A stretch of DNA of 64,000 nucleotides. It comes from Candidatus Izemoplasmatales bacterium. Its GTDB lineage: Bacteria > Bacillota_I > Bacilli_A > Izemoplasmatales > Hujiaoplasmataceae. A program made the translations under genes and the position numbers. The stretch lies in contig JBMNEZ010000001.1 in the NCBI GenBank assembly GCA_050949045.1, positions 512,001 through 576,000 of the forward strand. Reading direction: 5' to 3'. Shown in pieces: positions 50,086 to 60,661 of this stretch. Every line of letters begins with the position of its first letter. Position 1 is the stretch's first letter. Under the pieces are notes generated by a model. The model saw only the letters and a list, made by a program, of their open reading frames with translations. It was not told the origin of the DNA and ran no database searches.

Positions 50086-51384
50086 ATGAGCAAATTCAAG
50101 ACCAATGAGGATTATTTTTTGTTCGCTAAAACCCTGTCAGTCATCCCGACAGAGGATTTGTTGGTATTGTTGAAAAAGCACAAGATCAAAATCCCGACTT
50201 TTGTCCATCGTTTCATTCTTGGCGAGACGATCCATTCGAAAGTGTTTCAACCAAAACTTTACCAATCATATACGGACGAGCTCAAATATCGGCTTAGGGG
50301 CTATAAGAACTATTCTCTATACTTGCTTGAGAAACTGATCGCCGACTATAATCTTGACTTTGAAGCTGAAACCTACAAAGAGCTCTTTTTTGACATGCTC
50401 TTTCTCAATCGTGATCTCTACAACCTCAAAAACAGTTTCATCGACGACCTCGAGAAACTCAAATACAAATACGCTGTTGATTTTGAAAAAATCTCTTATG
50501 AGAATTTCATCGCTCAGTTCAACGAAATTATCTATGAACCATCAGGTTATTTGGACGGCGTCAGCCTTAAAATCCTTAAGGATGTGCTGATTTACTCTTG
50601 TACTCTTGGAGACATTCGCGGCTTGGGAGAAAAGTACGGAGTCAAAGTTCCAAGGCGCATCAATAAGGGCAAATTGATCGATATCCTCGCCGCCAGATTC
50701 CGTCTGACTAGCGAAGAGGCTGAACTATTGAACGACAAATCTGTTTTGGAATTGGAAATCTATGCCAAGGAAAAAGGCTTTCAGATCTCGATCGACCTCA
50801 AGAAGAGCGACATGATCGAATACATCATCTACGATCTCAAGATGTATCACAAAGAAGTTGCCAAGGACAACCACGATTATCAAATTCCGCTTGCGACCGA
50901 CGCTGAAGCGGTAGAGATCGATGCCATCGAATTCCAAGCCAATGATCAGGACATTCCGGTCATCGAAGCCGAGGAAACTCCGGCTGAAACTGTGACAACG
51001 ATCATTGAAGAAGAGGAAAGCGTGCCGGAAACTATGGCTGAGCCTGAACCCGTCGTCGAACAAGTTCAAGAACCCGAGCCGGAACCAGAACCAGAGCCAA
51101 AACCCGAGCCCGAAGTCGTTGTCGAGAAACCGGAAGTCGTTGTCGAAAGCGAAGTCGAGAAGAAAGAAGAAGTCGACTTTTCCCGCGAGGAACGGGAATT
51201 GCTTGATGAGAAGATCAACCTGATTATCAAGAAATATCATAAAAAACGTCGTGTCCGCCGCTTTTGGACGGCCTTTTGGATCATTATTCTCGTCGCCGTG
51301 CTGGGATTTGTCGGTTATTCTTACTACTACTATACCTATGTCAATCCGGGAGTGCTCCCCTTCGGAATCCCTGTGTTTTGGTGA
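50086..51384 (+). CDS. Hypothetical protein: helical N-terminal region, acidic Glu/Pro linker, C-terminal TM anchor
   Basis: RBS AAGGTG, 432 aa, EPEPEPEP linker, basic patch KKYHKKRRVRR, then hydrophobic FWTAFWIIILVAVLGFVGY. Confidence 0.88.
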   Translation: MSKFKTNEDYFLFAKTLSVIPTEDLLVLLKKHKIKIPTFVHRFILGETIHSKVFQPKLYQSYTDELKYRLRGYKNYSLYLLEKLIADYNLDFEAETYKELFFDMLFLNRDLYNLKNSFIDDLEKLKYKYAVDFEKISYENFIAQFNEIIYEPSGYLDGVSLKILKDVLIYSCTLGDIRGLGEKYGVKVPRRINKGKLIDILAARFRLTSEEAELLNDKSVLELEIYAKEKGFQISIDLKKSDMIEYIIYDLKMYHKEVAKDNHDYQIPLATDAEAVEIDAIEFQANDQDIPVIEAEETPAETVTTIIEEEESVPETMAEPEPVVEQVQEPEPEPEPEPKPEPEVVVEKPEVVVESEVEKKEEVDFSREERELLDEKINLIIKKYHKKRRVRRFWTAFWIIILVAVLGFVGYSYYYYTYVNPGVLPFGIPVFW

Positions 51385-51413
51385 GCATCCCCTTTTGTTG
51401 AGGCTGATTCACT

Positions 51414-54008
51414 TTGGAAATGCTTGATCAATTCAGTTACACCCCGATGATGCAACAATATTTGGAGATCAAAAAAGACTATACCGACTTTATAGTCTTT
51501 TTTCGACTTGGCGACTTTTACGAAATGTTCTTCACCGACGCGGTCCTAGCATCTAAAGAGTTAGAAATCGTACTCACGGGAAGGGATGCCGGTGTCAGCG
51601 AGCGGGTTCCGATGTGCGGTGTCCCCTACCATGCGGCCGATTTGTATATCGAGAGACTAATCAGCAAGGGGTTCAAAGTAGCGATCGTCGAACAGGTCGA
51701 AGACCCGAGCCTTGCCAAAGGCCTTGTCCGTCGCGAGGTGGTCAGACTGATCACTCCCGGAACCATCATCGACGAAGGTTCGCTCGATGCCAAAACCAAC
51801 AATTTCATCGGCGCGCTCACGCTGGGTAAAAATAGGTATATCCTCGCCTACTGCGACCTTTCAACAGGTGTAAACGCCATCGTCACCACCCCCAAGGATC
51901 TTGAGATCATCAAGAGCGAGGTGATGAATCTCGAAATCAGGGAACTAGTGATCGCTTCAGATGTCAACTTTCGCCAACTTCGAAGTAGTCTTGAAGACAG
52001 GACCATCACCCTTTCTTTGTGCGACCAGACCGATTTGCCGGCGATCTACCGGTCGTTGATCCAAGAAGTCTACGACAAAGAACTTATCAGCGCTTTTGCC
52101 CGTCTCGTAAACTATTTGATCAAGACCCAGAAACGCGAACTAATGCATATGCAAAAAGTCGAGGTTTTTGAGTCGGTCAAGTATTTGAATCTTGATAACA
52201 ATTCGATCAAAAACCTTGAATTGATCGAAACCTACCGTGAATCCACCAAAAAAGGCAGTCTTTTCTGGTTGCTTGACCGTTGCGAGACAGCGATGGGCTC
52301 CAGGATGCTCAAGCAGAGCATCCTGCGCCCGCTCGTTGACAAAACGAAGATTCTTGACCGTTTAGCGTTTGTCGAAGCCCTCAACGACAACTTCATTGTT
52401 CGCGAGGAAATCCGTGAATCGTTAAAGCAGGTCTATGATCTGGAACGGATTATCGGCAGAATCTCCTTTGGCAATGCCAACGCGAAAGACCTGCAAAATC
52501 TCAAACGCTCACTGAGAGCTGTTCCCCTAATCAAATCCCGTTTGGAAACCATTAAAAACGAACTGGCTACAGTCCTCGTCGCTGACATCGGCGATTATTC
52601 TGAAATGTGCGACTTGATCGATCGGGCCATCGTCGATAATCCGCCCCTAAGCATCAAGGAGGGCGGAATCATCAAGAAAGGTTTCAACGAGGAACTTGAT
52701 AACATCAGAGATCACGCTTTGAGCGGCAAGGATTGGATCCAGAAATTTGAGTCGGCCGAACGTGAACGTACGGGGATCAAAAAACTCAGGATCGGCTATA
52801 ATCGCGTCTTTGGCTACTACATCGAAATCTCCAAAGGGCAGCTCGAACTGGTCAAAAGCGAATTCGGCTATGAGCGCAAACAGACCTTGGTGAACTCCGA
52901 ACGGTTCGTGACTGATGATTTGAAACGGATGGAATCATTGATCCTAGGCTCTGAGGAGCAATCCGTCGGACTTGAATACTCGCTTTTCACGAATATCAGA
53001 GACCGGGTTTTCGAGCAAATCGATTCAATCCAGAAACTCGCTAGATCGCTCTCGCTTATCGATATGTTGATCGCATTCTCGATCGTCAGCATGGATAACC
53101 GTTACGTCAAACCCACAATCACCGATGAGCGCACCATTGAGATTATTTCGGGAAGACATCCCGTTGTCGAAACCCTGCTCGAACAGGGGGCTTTTGTCGA
53201 AAATGACGTCAGGATGGGGGAAAACACCGATATTTTGTTAATCACCGGCCCGAACATGTCGGGGAAATCAACGTATATGCGACAACTTGCTCTCTCAGTT
53301 ATCATGATGCAGATTGGTTGTTTCATCCCTGCCGCCAAGGCATCGCTGCCGCTGTTTGATCGCATCTTCACACGCATTGGCGCCTCCGATGATCTTTCAA
53401 CAGGAAAATCAACATTCATGGTCGAGATGCTCGAAGTTAACTTCGCCCTCCAAAACGCCACTAAAAACAGTTTGATCCTCTTTGACGAGATCGGGCGTGG
53501 AACGGCCACCTATGACGGGATGGCCCTGGCCCAGGCGATTATTGAGTATTGTCACCACAAAATCGACTGCAAGATCCTTTTCTCGACTCATTACCATGAA
53601 TTGACCTACCTAGAAGACGAACTCAAGACTCTCCATAATGTCCATGTGCTCGCCCGTGAAGAAAAGGGTAACATCGTCTTCCTCCACAAGGTGACCGACG
53701 GCCCAACCGACAAATCATATGGCATCCATGTCGCCAAATTGGCGAAATTGCCGGCAGTTTTGCTCAAACGCGCATCCTTGATCCTCGAAGAGTTGGAAAA
53801 AAACCACGGCTATAATGTCATCAAGCCCCAGACCATCGATTTGTTCAACTTTGAGGAAGCCCTGACAGCTGAAGAGGAAACAAAGGAACATTACCAATCG
53901 CTCATCGACCAGTTGCGCTCGATTGACGTCGATGAGTTGACCCCGCTCAAGGCTCTCAATATTCTAGCCGAAGTCATCGAAGAGGCTAAGAAGAAACATT
54001 CTCAATAA
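51414..54008 (+). CDS. mutS: DNA mismatch repair protein MutS
   Basis: TPMMQQY, FRLGDFYE, GPNMSGKST, STFMVEM, DEIGRGT. Confidence 0.98.
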   Translation: MEMLDQFSYTPMMQQYLEIKKDYTDFIVFFRLGDFYEMFFTDAVLASKELEIVLTGRDAGVSERVPMCGVPYHAADLYIERLISKGFKVAIVEQVEDPSLAKGLVRREVVRLITPGTIIDEGSLDAKTNNFIGALTLGKNRYILAYCDLSTGVNAIVTTPKDLEIIKSEVMNLEIRELVIASDVNFRQLRSSLEDRTITLSLCDQTDLPAIYRSLIQEVYDKELISAFARLVNYLIKTQKRELMHMQKVEVFESVKYLNLDNNSIKNLELIETYRESTKKGSLFWLLDRCETAMGSRMLKQSILRPLVDKTKILDRLAFVEALNDNFIVREEIRESLKQVYDLERIIGRISFGNANAKDLQNLKRSLRAVPLIKSRLETIKNELATVLVADIGDYSEMCDLIDRAIVDNPPLSIKEGGIIKKGFNEELDNIRDHALSGKDWIQKFESAERERTGIKKLRIGYNRVFGYYIEISKGQLELVKSEFGYERKQTLVNSERFVTDDLKRMESLILGSEEQSVGLEYSLFTNIRDRVFEQIDSIQKLARSLSLIDMLIAFSIVSMDNRYVKPTITDERTIEIISGRHPVVETLLEQGAFVENDVRMGENTDILLITGPNMSGKSTYMRQLALSVIMMQIGCFIPAAKASLPLFDRIFTRIGASDDLSTGKSTFMVEMLEVNFALQNATKNSLILFDEIGRGTATYDGMALAQAIIEYCHHKIDCKILFSTHYHELTYLEDELKTLHNVHVLAREEKGNIVFLHKVTDGPTDKSYGIHVAKLAKLPAVLLKRASLILEELEKNHGYNVIKPQTIDLFNFEEALTAEEETKEHYQSLIDQLRSIDVDELTPLKALNILAEVIEEAKKKHSQ

Positions 54009-54021
54009 GGGAGGCGAAACG

Positions 54022-55719
54022 ATGGGCAAGATCAGCCAGCTTGAAAGCAAACTGCAGAATCTGATCGCTGCCGGAGAAGTCATCGAAAGCATCGCAAACG
54101 TCGTCAAGGAACTGATCGAAAACGCCCTTGATGCCGGAGCCAGCCAAATCGACATCACACTCGAAGAAGCGGGAATGAAACGGATCCATATTGTCGATAA
54201 TGGCTCAGGGATGGATTCAACAGATGCCAAAATGGCTTTTCTTCGCCATGCGACTTCTAAAATTAGGAACGAATATGATCTCTTCCATATCAATTCTCTC
54301 GGTTTCCGGGGCGAGGCACTGCCTTCGATAGCGGCTGTCTCCCGGGTCGAACTCATAACTTCTGAAGGAGAAAATGCCGGGACCAGGGTCATCGTTGAAG
54401 ACAATATCATCCAATTGATAGAGCCGATAGGTTTTCGCAAGGGGACGTCAGTCGATGTGACGAGACTGTTCTACCATACCCCCGTCCGTTTCAAATATTT
54501 GAAATCTGTTAAACACGAACTTCAGAAGAGTGTTGATCTGGTCGGAAAATTTGCGCTTGCCAACCCTGAAGTGGCCTTCGCCCTCAGCAACAACAACCGC
54601 AAATTGCTCACGACTTATGGCAAAGGCAACGAACTCGATGTAATCGCAGGCATTTACGGCACCGCAACCGCCAAGGAGATGGTTCTTTTTGAAGTGAAAG
54701 GCCGCGATTATCATGTCCACGGTCACCTGAGCCGCCCCCTTGAGACCAGATCGTCAAAAAGGGATATCCATCTTTTCGTCAACCGCAGACCGATTCACGA
54801 CAGTCAACTCCAAAACACGGTTATTGAAGCCTACGGGCAACTACTTCCAGTCAAGCGCTATCCGATCGCGGTTTTGAAGATCGAGGTCGATCCCCAGTTG
54901 ATCGACGTCAATGTTCATCCTGCCAAACACCAAGTGAAGTTTTCCGAATATGATTCGCTCAAAAGCATAGTTTACAAGTGTATCCAAGACACCCTCAGGG
55001 GCAAACCGGTAATCGAAAAGTTTGTGGTTGCGGATGCAGAAAACAACATTCATCAGCGTCCCAACAGATTTGAAGCATCCGATACAGTCTATGAAAAGCC
55101 TTCCCTTTTCGATTATAACAACGGAAGCATTGACTTGCAGGTCTATTCTTCACTTGAATACATCGGCCAATATCATGGTACCTATTTGCTCTTTCAAAAT
55201 GAGGATGGCCTTTTTTTGATGGATCAGCATGCGGCCGCGGAAAGGATCCGTTACGAACGCTATCGAAAGAAGATGGGTGAGCCTGTTGTTGGTATTTACC
55301 GATTGCTTGTGCCTATTCCGCTAAGAGGTTCCGTAGCGGACAAAACCTTGATCGACGATCAAGCCTGCGATAAACTTGCTTCCCTTGGGGTAAGACTTCA
55401 GGCAAAAGAACTCCACTATGAGATTGTTGAGGTTCCAAACTGGTTTCCCAGAGGCCATGAGGCCGAATTTGTAGAGACGATACTGATCAGCATCAGCGAG
55501 AACCGTCAGGCATCCGCCGCCGAACTCCTCGACGACCTTGCCATTCTCTTGAGTTGCAAGCACTCGCTAAAAGCGAACAAATATGTTGATCCTCGCAGTG
55601 CTGGGGTCCTCTTACGGGATCTTTCACAGTGTGAAAATCCCTACACCTGCCCTCATGGTCGGCCGATCTTTGTCAACTTGAGCCATGCGGAGATCGAGAA
55701 ACTGTTTAAGCGGACCTGA
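54022..55719 (+). CDS. mutL: DNA mismatch repair endonuclease MutL
   Basis: IAAGEVIE, KELIENALDAG, GFRGEAL, DQHAAAERIRYE, CPHGRP. Confidence 0.97.
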   Translation: MGKISQLESKLQNLIAAGEVIESIANVVKELIENALDAGASQIDITLEEAGMKRIHIVDNGSGMDSTDAKMAFLRHATSKIRNEYDLFHINSLGFRGEALPSIAAVSRVELITSEGENAGTRVIVEDNIIQLIEPIGFRKGTSVDVTRLFYHTPVRFKYLKSVKHELQKSVDLVGKFALANPEVAFALSNNNRKLLTTYGKGNELDVIAGIYGTATAKEMVLFEVKGRDYHVHGHLSRPLETRSSKRDIHLFVNRRPIHDSQLQNTVIEAYGQLLPVKRYPIAVLKIEVDPQLIDVNVHPAKHQVKFSEYDSLKSIVYKCIQDTLRGKPVIEKFVVADAENNIHQRPNRFEASDTVYEKPSLFDYNNGSIDLQVYSSLEYIGQYHGTYLLFQNEDGLFLMDQHAAAERIRYERYRKKMGEPVVGIYRLLVPIPLRGSVADKTLIDDQACDKLASLGVRLQAKELHYEIVEVPNWFPRGHEAEFVETILISISENRQASAAELLDDLAILLSCKHSLKANKYVDPRSAGVLLRDLSQCENPYTCPHGRPIFVNLSHAEIEKLFKRT

Positions 55720-55721
55720 CC

Positions 55722-56621
55722 ATGAAACCCATTATTGCTATTTGCGGCCCGACTGCCAGCAAAAAAAGCCATGTTGCGATCGCCATTGCCAAGCGTTTCC
55801 CCTCCGAAATCATCTCCGCCGACGCTTTCCAAATATACCGAGGCATGGATATCGGCACCGCAAAAATGCGTCCCGAGGAGACCAAAGGCGTTCCGCATCA
55901 CCTGATCGACATCCTTGATCCGGTTGATTCTTTTTCGGTTCATGACTATCAATCTCTGGCCCGACAAAAGATTTCCGAGATTCGAAAACGGGGTAACACC
56001 CCGATTATCGTCGGTGGCTCAGGCCTATATCTCCAAGCCGTTTTGTACGATTATCGTTTCGAGGGCAAGAAACGCCTTCTTGATGATGTCGACGTCACGC
56101 TTTCCAATGCCGATTTACAAAATCGTCTCAGAGAGATCAATCCGGTATTAGCCGATACAATCCATCAGAACAATCGGCGCCGGTTGATTAGGGCGCTTGA
56201 AATCGCAAAGAGTTCAAAAGAAGCGAACGTCAAGATGAATGCTGTTCCCTTCTATCAAAATCTTGTTTTGATTGGACTCTCCCCGCCGAGAGAGAGACTT
56301 TACGAGGCGATCAATAATCGAGTTGACAAGATGATCGAATCAGGTCTTCTTGAAGAAGTCAAACGGCTATTGGCTTCGGGACTTGGCACTCAAGCCGCCC
56401 AAGCCATCGGCTACAAGGAACTGATTGTGCATCTCGAAGGAGGGTGCACGCTTGAATCGGCGGTCGAAAACATCAAGCAAAATACCAGACGCTATGCCAA
56501 GAGGCAACTGACATGGTTCAAAAACCAGATGAGCTTGCAATGGTTCGATGTCAATCCTGATGACCTTGAAGGAACGATTCGATCGGTGATGGACTATATC
56601 AATGAAAAGGCGAAGCCATGA
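55722..56621 (+). CDS. miaA: tRNA dimethylallyltransferase
   Basis: GPTASKKS, ADAFQIYRGMDIGTAK, GGSGLY, TRRYAKRQLTW. Confidence 0.96.
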   Translation: MKPIIAICGPTASKKSHVAIAIAKRFPSEIISADAFQIYRGMDIGTAKMRPEETKGVPHHLIDILDPVDSFSVHDYQSLARQKISEIRKRGNTPIIVGGSGLYLQAVLYDYRFEGKKRLLDDVDVTLSNADLQNRLREINPVLADTIHQNNRRRLIRALEIAKSSKEANVKMNAVPFYQNLVLIGLSPPRERLYEAINNRVDKMIESGLLEEVKRLLASGLGTQAAQAIGYKELIVHLEGGCTLESAVENIKQNTRRYAKRQLTWFKNQMSLQWFDVNPDDLEGTIRSVMDYINEKAKP

Positions 56622-56632
56622 CCGGCTTCGCC

Positions 56633-57043
56633 TTAGTGATTTTCTTTTAACGGATAATTCCATTTTTTTAACCCGCCACTGAGAATGTATACAGGTTGAA
56701 AACCTTTTCTGAGCAGTTTCCTAGCAACGCTTTTGACGGATTTGGTATGGTTTTCATCATAAATAAAGATGGCCTGGTCCCTTCGAAAGCGGGAGAGATT
56801 TTGAAAGATACTCTGTTTGGGATAGTTACGGCTGCCGTTGATCTTGCGGGCCTTATAGTCTATCTCGGGACGGATATCAATAAGTTGGCCTTTGCGCATG
56901 TTTTGTCGAAACTCATCCGGTTCGAGGATGATGACTTGGGAATAGTCATATCTCCTTCGCATAGAGAAAATAATGCCGACCAACAGCCCAAGAGTGATCG
57001 GTAAAATCCATTGCCAAGCGTTAGTTTCTGCCAAAAAGACCAT
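56633..57043 (-). CDS. Membrane-anchored rhodanese-like protein (YqhL-like)
   Basis: RBS AAGGAG before ATG at 57043; TM, then F...MRKGQLIDIR...HI.G-like ARKINGSRN...VYILSGGLKKW. Confidence 0.82.
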   Translation of the reverse strand: MVFLAETNAWQWILPITLGLLVGIIFSMRRRYDYSQVIILEPDEFRQNMRKGQLIDIRPEIDYKARKINGSRNYPKQSIFQNLSRFRRDQAIFIYDENHTKSVKSVARKLLRKGFQPVYILSGGLKKWNYPLKENH

Positions 57044-57168
57044 TTTCACACACTCCTTATCCGGTATCACCAACATTATAGTTGAGATGAATTGTGTTGT
57101 CAACGGCACTGTTTTATAATATAATATACCTGAAATATTGAACAATGTTCATTTTGTTGGAGGTTTTT

Positions 57169-57729
57169 ATGGTCAGCACCAACGATTTCAAAACTGGAAT
57201 TACAATCGAATACGAGGGTAATATTTATCAAGTCATTGAATTCCAGCATGTCAAACCCGGCAAAGGTGGAGCTTTCGTCAGAACCAAATTGCGCAATCTG
57301 CGGACAAAAGCGGTCATCGATAAGACTTTCAATGCCGGAATCAATGTCAATACCGCGCAGATCGAGAAAAGCCAGATGCAGTATTTGTACGCTTCTGGAG
57401 ACACGCATGTCTTCATGAACAACGATACCTATGAGCAACTAGAGATCGACAAGAGTTTAATCGAATACGAATTGAACTTTTTGACCGAAGGCATCATCAT
57501 CAATGTCATCACCTATGAGCATGAACTTCTCGGCGTCGAACTTCCTGACAAGGTTGTTCTCGAGATCGTCGAGACTGCGGGCGGCGCCAAGGGTAATACG
57601 GCTTCTAACGCCCAGAAAGAAGCGTTGACAAACACCGGGTTCAAACTTTTGGTTCCGCTTTTCCTTGAAAACGGTGAGAAAATCTGGGTTTCGACTTCAA
57701 CCGGGAAATATGATTCCCGGGCTAAGTAA
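57169..57729 (+). CDS. efp: Elongation factor P
   Basis: STNDFKTG, QHVKPGKGGAFVR, G.KGNTA, VPLF...G. Confidence 0.97.
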   Translation: MVSTNDFKTGITIEYEGNIYQVIEFQHVKPGKGGAFVRTKLRNLRTKAVIDKTFNAGINVNTAQIEKSQMQYLYASGDTHVFMNNDTYEQLEIDKSLIEYELNFLTEGIIINVITYEHELLGVELPDKVVLEIVETAGGAKGNTASNAQKEALTNTGFKLLVPLFLENGEKIWVSTSTGKYDSRAK

Positions 57730-57758
57730 CCCAACTGATTTTGAGGAGTGATGTTTTT

Positions 57759-59138
57759 TTGGAACTAAGTGACACGTGGCCTTTATTATTGGCAATCAAG
57801 TTCCGGCCGTGGCTACTGGGTATAATGCTAATATTGTTGCTTTTGAGTGCTTTTTTTTCGTTGAGCGAAATGGCATTTGCGTCTGTCGGGAAAGTCAAAC
57901 TTAAAACACTGATTGATCAGGGCGTCAAGGGGTCAAAGAAGGCCCTATGGATCGTTGACAATTTTGATAAAACGCTGACAACGCTTCTTGTCGGCAATAA
58001 TCTAGTGAATATTGGACTCACTTCGGTGAGCGTTTTGTTTTTTGCAGGCTTATTCGAATCAATTCCCAATTCCGATACTTGGATAACAATCGTAAACACA
58101 ATCTCAGTGACGATCATCGTCCTGATTTTTGGGGAAATTCTCCCCAAGAGCATTGCGAAGACGAACCCCGATCGGATTTGTATCGGGATCAGCGGGTTGC
58201 TTTATTTCCTGATCAAGATCATGATGCCGATAACCTATCCGTTCCGTCTTTTGAATAGGAGAGTCTTAAGAAAAGTTGAGAATGAGATTCCTTTTACTGT
58301 CACTGAGGATGAACTTGAGACGATCATCGATACAATGGAGGAAGAAGGCTCGATCGATGAAGAAGAGGCGGACATGTTGCAAAAAGTTCTCGATTTGAGC
58401 GACATCACGGTTGAAGAGATTATGACACCGCGAGTCGATATGGTCGCCTGTGAGGTTAATGATGATGTCGGAAAGATCCGGGACGTCTTTTTCAAAAACA
58501 AATTTTCCCGTATCCCCATATATGATGAGAAGACCGACAACATCATCGGCATCCTCTCCGAACGAGATTTTTACACGAAGTTGATCAAAGGACAAACGAT
58601 CAACATCAAAAAACTGCTCCGAAAACCGATCTTCGTGCCGACCTCGACCAAAGTCGATTCCCTGATCGAGTTATTGCAGCGGGAGAACTCGCATCTTGCG
58701 ATCGTCGTTGACGAATACGGTGGGGTCGACGGTCTCGTCACCATGGAAGATGCCCTTGAGGAACTCGTTGGTGAAATCTATGACGAACACGACGATGTCA
58801 CCGAAAAGATTGTCGCCGACGGCGATACCTATCTCGTCGACGCAGAGATGGCTCTCAGCGAATTGTTCGATGATCTCAATCTAGGTGAACTTCCCGAGTC
58901 CGATTCCACATCAGTCGGCGGCTGGCTGTTCGAGATGTTTCAAGACATCCCCGAGGTCGGCGAAAAATTCCAATATGAGGTCGCCGTCAATCAGGTTTAT
59001 GACGAACTTAGCGAACTTGTGAGTGAAGATCTCGAGGTCTTGACCTTCGAAGTGTTAAAGGTCAAGAAGCGCCGTATCAAGTTGGTCCGCCTCACCGTTT
59101 CAATTCAAGCATATGAAAAAGCCATCAACGGCAGTTGA
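57759..59138 (+). CDS. Hemolysin/CNNM-family membrane protein (DUF21-CBS-CorC)
   Basis: SAFFSLSE.A, LVGNNLVN, GEILPKS, IMTPRVD, FSRIP, VVDEYGG; start uncertain (57741/57759). Confidence 0.9.
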   Translation: MELSDTWPLLLAIKFRPWLLGIMLILLLLSAFFSLSEMAFASVGKVKLKTLIDQGVKGSKKALWIVDNFDKTLTTLLVGNNLVNIGLTSVSVLFFAGLFESIPNSDTWITIVNTISVTIIVLIFGEILPKSIAKTNPDRICIGISGLLYFLIKIMMPITYPFRLLNRRVLRKVENEIPFTVTEDELETIIDTMEEEGSIDEEEADMLQKVLDLSDITVEEIMTPRVDMVACEVNDDVGKIRDVFFKNKFSRIPIYDEKTDNIIGILSERDFYTKLIKGQTINIKKLLRKPIFVPTSTKVDSLIELLQRENSHLAIVVDEYGGVDGLVTMEDALEELVGEIYDEHDDVTEKIVADGDTYLVDAEMALSELFDDLNLGELPESDSTSVGGWLFEMFQDIPEVGEKFQYEVAVNQVYDELSELVSEDLEVLTFEVLKVKKRRIKLVRLTVSIQAYEKAINGS

Positions 59139-59193
59139 TTCGATGATGAGGGTAGAAACCTATCCTCATTTTCTTGGAGATTTGGAGTAATTC

Positions 59194-59925
59194 ATGGAGC
59201 GCCTTCAAAAAATTCTACAACTTTCCGGGGTTGCCTCGCGTCGCCAAGCGGCTTTGTTGATCGCTTCTGGCAAAGTAATGGTTGACGGCATCGTTGTCTA
59301 TGAGCCTGGGTATCTGGTCGAAGCGAACCAGTCCGTCACTATTGATGGTAAGCAACTCACACAAGAGAATAGGGTTTACTTCGCCCTCAATAAACCGACT
59401 GGTTATATCACGACAATGTCTGATCCTAAAAAGCGAAAGACCATCTTAGACTTGATTGATATCAAAGAGCGCGTTGTCCCGGTGGGCAGGCTCGATAACA
59501 ATACTTCGGGTTTGTTGTTGCTGACAAATGACGGTGCACTGTTAAATCGACTGATCCACCCCCGATATATGCTGGAAAAGGAATACCATGTCAAGGTCAG
59601 CGGTTTGCTTCGGAAAGAAACCTCAAAAGAAATTGAAAAAGGCGTCGATCTTGGCGACTTTGTCACCGCGCCTGCCAAAATCGAGGGTGTCCGCTATGAT
59701 GATAAACGCAAAAACACCTATTTGAAGATCATAATCTATGAAGGTAGATATCGTCAGATAAGGCGGATGTTCGAGTGTTTTGGACATCCTGTTCTCAAAT
59801 TAAAGCGTTATCGTTTTGGCCCCATCACTCTTGAAGGAATTCCAACGGGGGCATATCGGCCACTTAAAATTCATGAAGTAAAGTTGCTTTGGCATTTTTC
59901 AACAGCGAAAGATGCACAAAAATAG
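59194..59925 (+). CDS. rluB: rRNA pseudouridine synthase (RluB/RsuA family)
   Basis: MERLQK...GVASRR, NKP.G, PVGRLD, EGR.RQIRRM. Confidence 0.9.
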   Translation: MERLQKILQLSGVASRRQAALLIASGKVMVDGIVVYEPGYLVEANQSVTIDGKQLTQENRVYFALNKPTGYITTMSDPKKRKTILDLIDIKERVVPVGRLDNNTSGLLLLTNDGALLNRLIHPRYMLEKEYHVKVSGLLRKETSKEIEKGVDLGDFVTAPAKIEGVRYDDKRKNTYLKIIIYEGRYRQIRRMFECFGHPVLKLKRYRFGPITLEGIPTGAYRPLKIHEVKLLWHFSTAKDAQK

Positions 59926-59989
59926 CCAAAACCAGTATTCTCTGATTCCATTATATATGATATAATAACAAAGGTTGAGGAGCGACACG

Positions 59990-60661
59990 ATGAACTATCA
60001 TGCTTTGGCGATCGATGGTCCTGCCGGTGCTGGAAAATCGACAGTAGCAAAACTGCTGGCAAAGAAACTTGGATACATCTATATTGATACCGGAGCGATG
60101 TATCGCGCCGTGACTTTGAAAGCGCTCGAGCTTGAAGTCGATATCGACGATCCGCAAGCGTTCGGCTTTCTCAAAGAGACCGACATGGCCTTCAACGATG
60201 GCATTCTCTATGTTAATGGAGAAGACGTAAGTTTGAAAATTCGTTCGAATGCCATCTCGAACAATGTCAGTATTGTCGCTTCGCATATTCCCGTCCGCAA
60301 TCAGCTGGTCGTTATCCAGCAACAAATTGCGGCCCGTGCCAATGTCGTCATGGACGGCAGGGACATCGGCACCGTGGTTTTGCCCAACGCCGACCTCAAA
60401 ATCTTCTTGACGGCTACGGTCGAGGAACGGGCAAGAAGAAGGCACAATGAAAATCTATCGTTAGGCATCAAATCTGATATCAATTTGCTTATTCAGGAGA
60501 TCGAAAGGCGCGATCGAATCGATTCAACCCGGAGTTACAATCCCCTGAGGCAGGCCGAAGACGCAGTCTATCTCGATACCACGAATCTCGATATCAATCA
60601 AGTAACAGAAAAAATTTACGATATGTTTATCAAGGCAATCGGCAGGAAGAGGAACAACTAA
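59990..60661 (+). CDS. cmk: Cytidylate kinase
   Basis: AIDGPAGAGKST, DTGAMYR, MDGRDIGTVV. Confidence 0.97.
   Translation: MNYHALAIDGPAGAGKSTVAKLLAKKLGYIYIDTGAMYRAVTLKALELEVDIDDPQAFGFLKETDMAFNDGILYVNGEDVSLKIRSNAISNNVSIVASHIPVRNQLVVIQQQIAARANVVMDGRDIGTVVLPNADLKIFLTATVEERARRRHNENLSLGIKSDINLLIQEIERRDRIDSTRSYNPLRQAEDAVYLDTTNLDINQVTEKIYDMFIKAIGRKRNN

Noticed and set aside
57139..57151. TGAACAATGTTCA palindrome before efp as an SOS box
   Set aside because: Spacer is 3 nt, not 4; overlaps divergent promoters; unassignable.
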